Of a stretch of 32,573 nt of DNA, positions 31,923-32,573 are shown piece after piece. The notes beneath the pieces were generated by a model that searched no databases, had not been told where the DNA came from, and saw nothing but the letters and a program-made list of their open reading frames with translations. Each line of letters starts with the position of its first letter. Within the stretch, counting starts at the first letter, position 1. The stretch is taken from positions 28,552,225 to 28,584,797 of the forward strand of contig NC_068997.1 in NCBI RefSeq assembly GCF_001194135.2, written 5' to 3'. Origin of the DNA: Octopus bimaculoides (taxonomy: Eukaryota). The translations under genes were made by a program, and so were the position numbers.

Positions 31923-32425
31923 ACTGGTTCTTATAATGCAGACAAAAGTATAGCAAGTTCGTTTCCTGGTGCTGCTACTGCTCGTAGCATTTGTTTATTT
32001 GTTTGTTCAGATGGTGGTTGAGATTTGTAACAACTATGAGGCGAAACGGGGAAGACAATAGAGATCTAATGTTACTGAAAAGCCAGGGGAGGGGGTACAA
32101 TCGCGACGATCTCCAATAATGGTAAACCGAAAAGAAAACCACGCGCATTCTCTTCACCTGTCTGTGTGTCTCTCTCTCTCACTTTCTCACCAAATCACCT
32201 TACCATTAACCCTTCCCCATCCTCGCCGCTTTTCAGTTTCTCTTCTTCACGTGAACACATTTCGTTCACGAGATGAAGAGAGATCACGTGAACAAATTGT
32301 GACTCTTTCAGTTTCCTTCTGTCTATATTTACCTTCGAAGAGTTTTTTACTGGCACAAATTTACATCGTTTTAGCAATACTAGAGGCTTTTAAAACACCT
32401 AGACGCTTACAGTATGCTAAAAATA

Positions 32426-32457
<32 letters not shown>

Positions 32458-32573
32458 ATAATACATATATATATGTAAGTTTATGTATATATTAATATTA
32501 TCTCAGTTTTAAAAAAAACCTTGACAATGTAAATATGTTAATAGTTACCATTGGTAGCAAAAATCACCCCCCC

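Noticed and set aside
32255-32295. Two CACGTG E-boxes in a small hairpin as a promoter
   Set aside because: Short motifs like these are expected by chance and there is no linked gene evidence.

Overview
Repeat-dominated, AT-rich eukaryotic scaffold with nine N-gaps (about 4.7 kb in total). The tRNA-derived SINE families match those I recall from Octopus, so a coleoid cephalopod source is an inference, not a database result. No host gene is confidently recognisable. The protein-coding remnants I can identify are all transposon-derived: a near-full-length decayed DD34D mariner transposase (minus, 20391-21439), a well-preserved Dong/R4-type reverse transcriptase (minus, 25874-27377) abutting a (TAA)n tract, the C-terminal zinc-knuckle/RLE region of a HERO-like R2-superfamily element (minus, about 22035-22665), a Penelope-like GIY-YIG endonuclease fragment (plus, 13185-13577) and a CR1-type 3' end (plus, about 29119-29402). 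About 30 SINE copies or fragments from three families (called A, B and C here) occur, including a head-to-tail array and a nested insertion with a TSD. There is also a hAT MITE with a perfect 8-bp TSD, a Tigger-like end, a possible solo LTR and many microsatellites. Unexplained items are a candidate minus-strand exon near 3.1-3.3 kb whose last 51 nt are duplicated together with splice-like borders, a decayed unidentified reading frame at 4.3-4.75 kb, and several fold-back structures. I see no clear evidence of a new biological system. Most ORF-track entries are gap or microsatellite artefacts.
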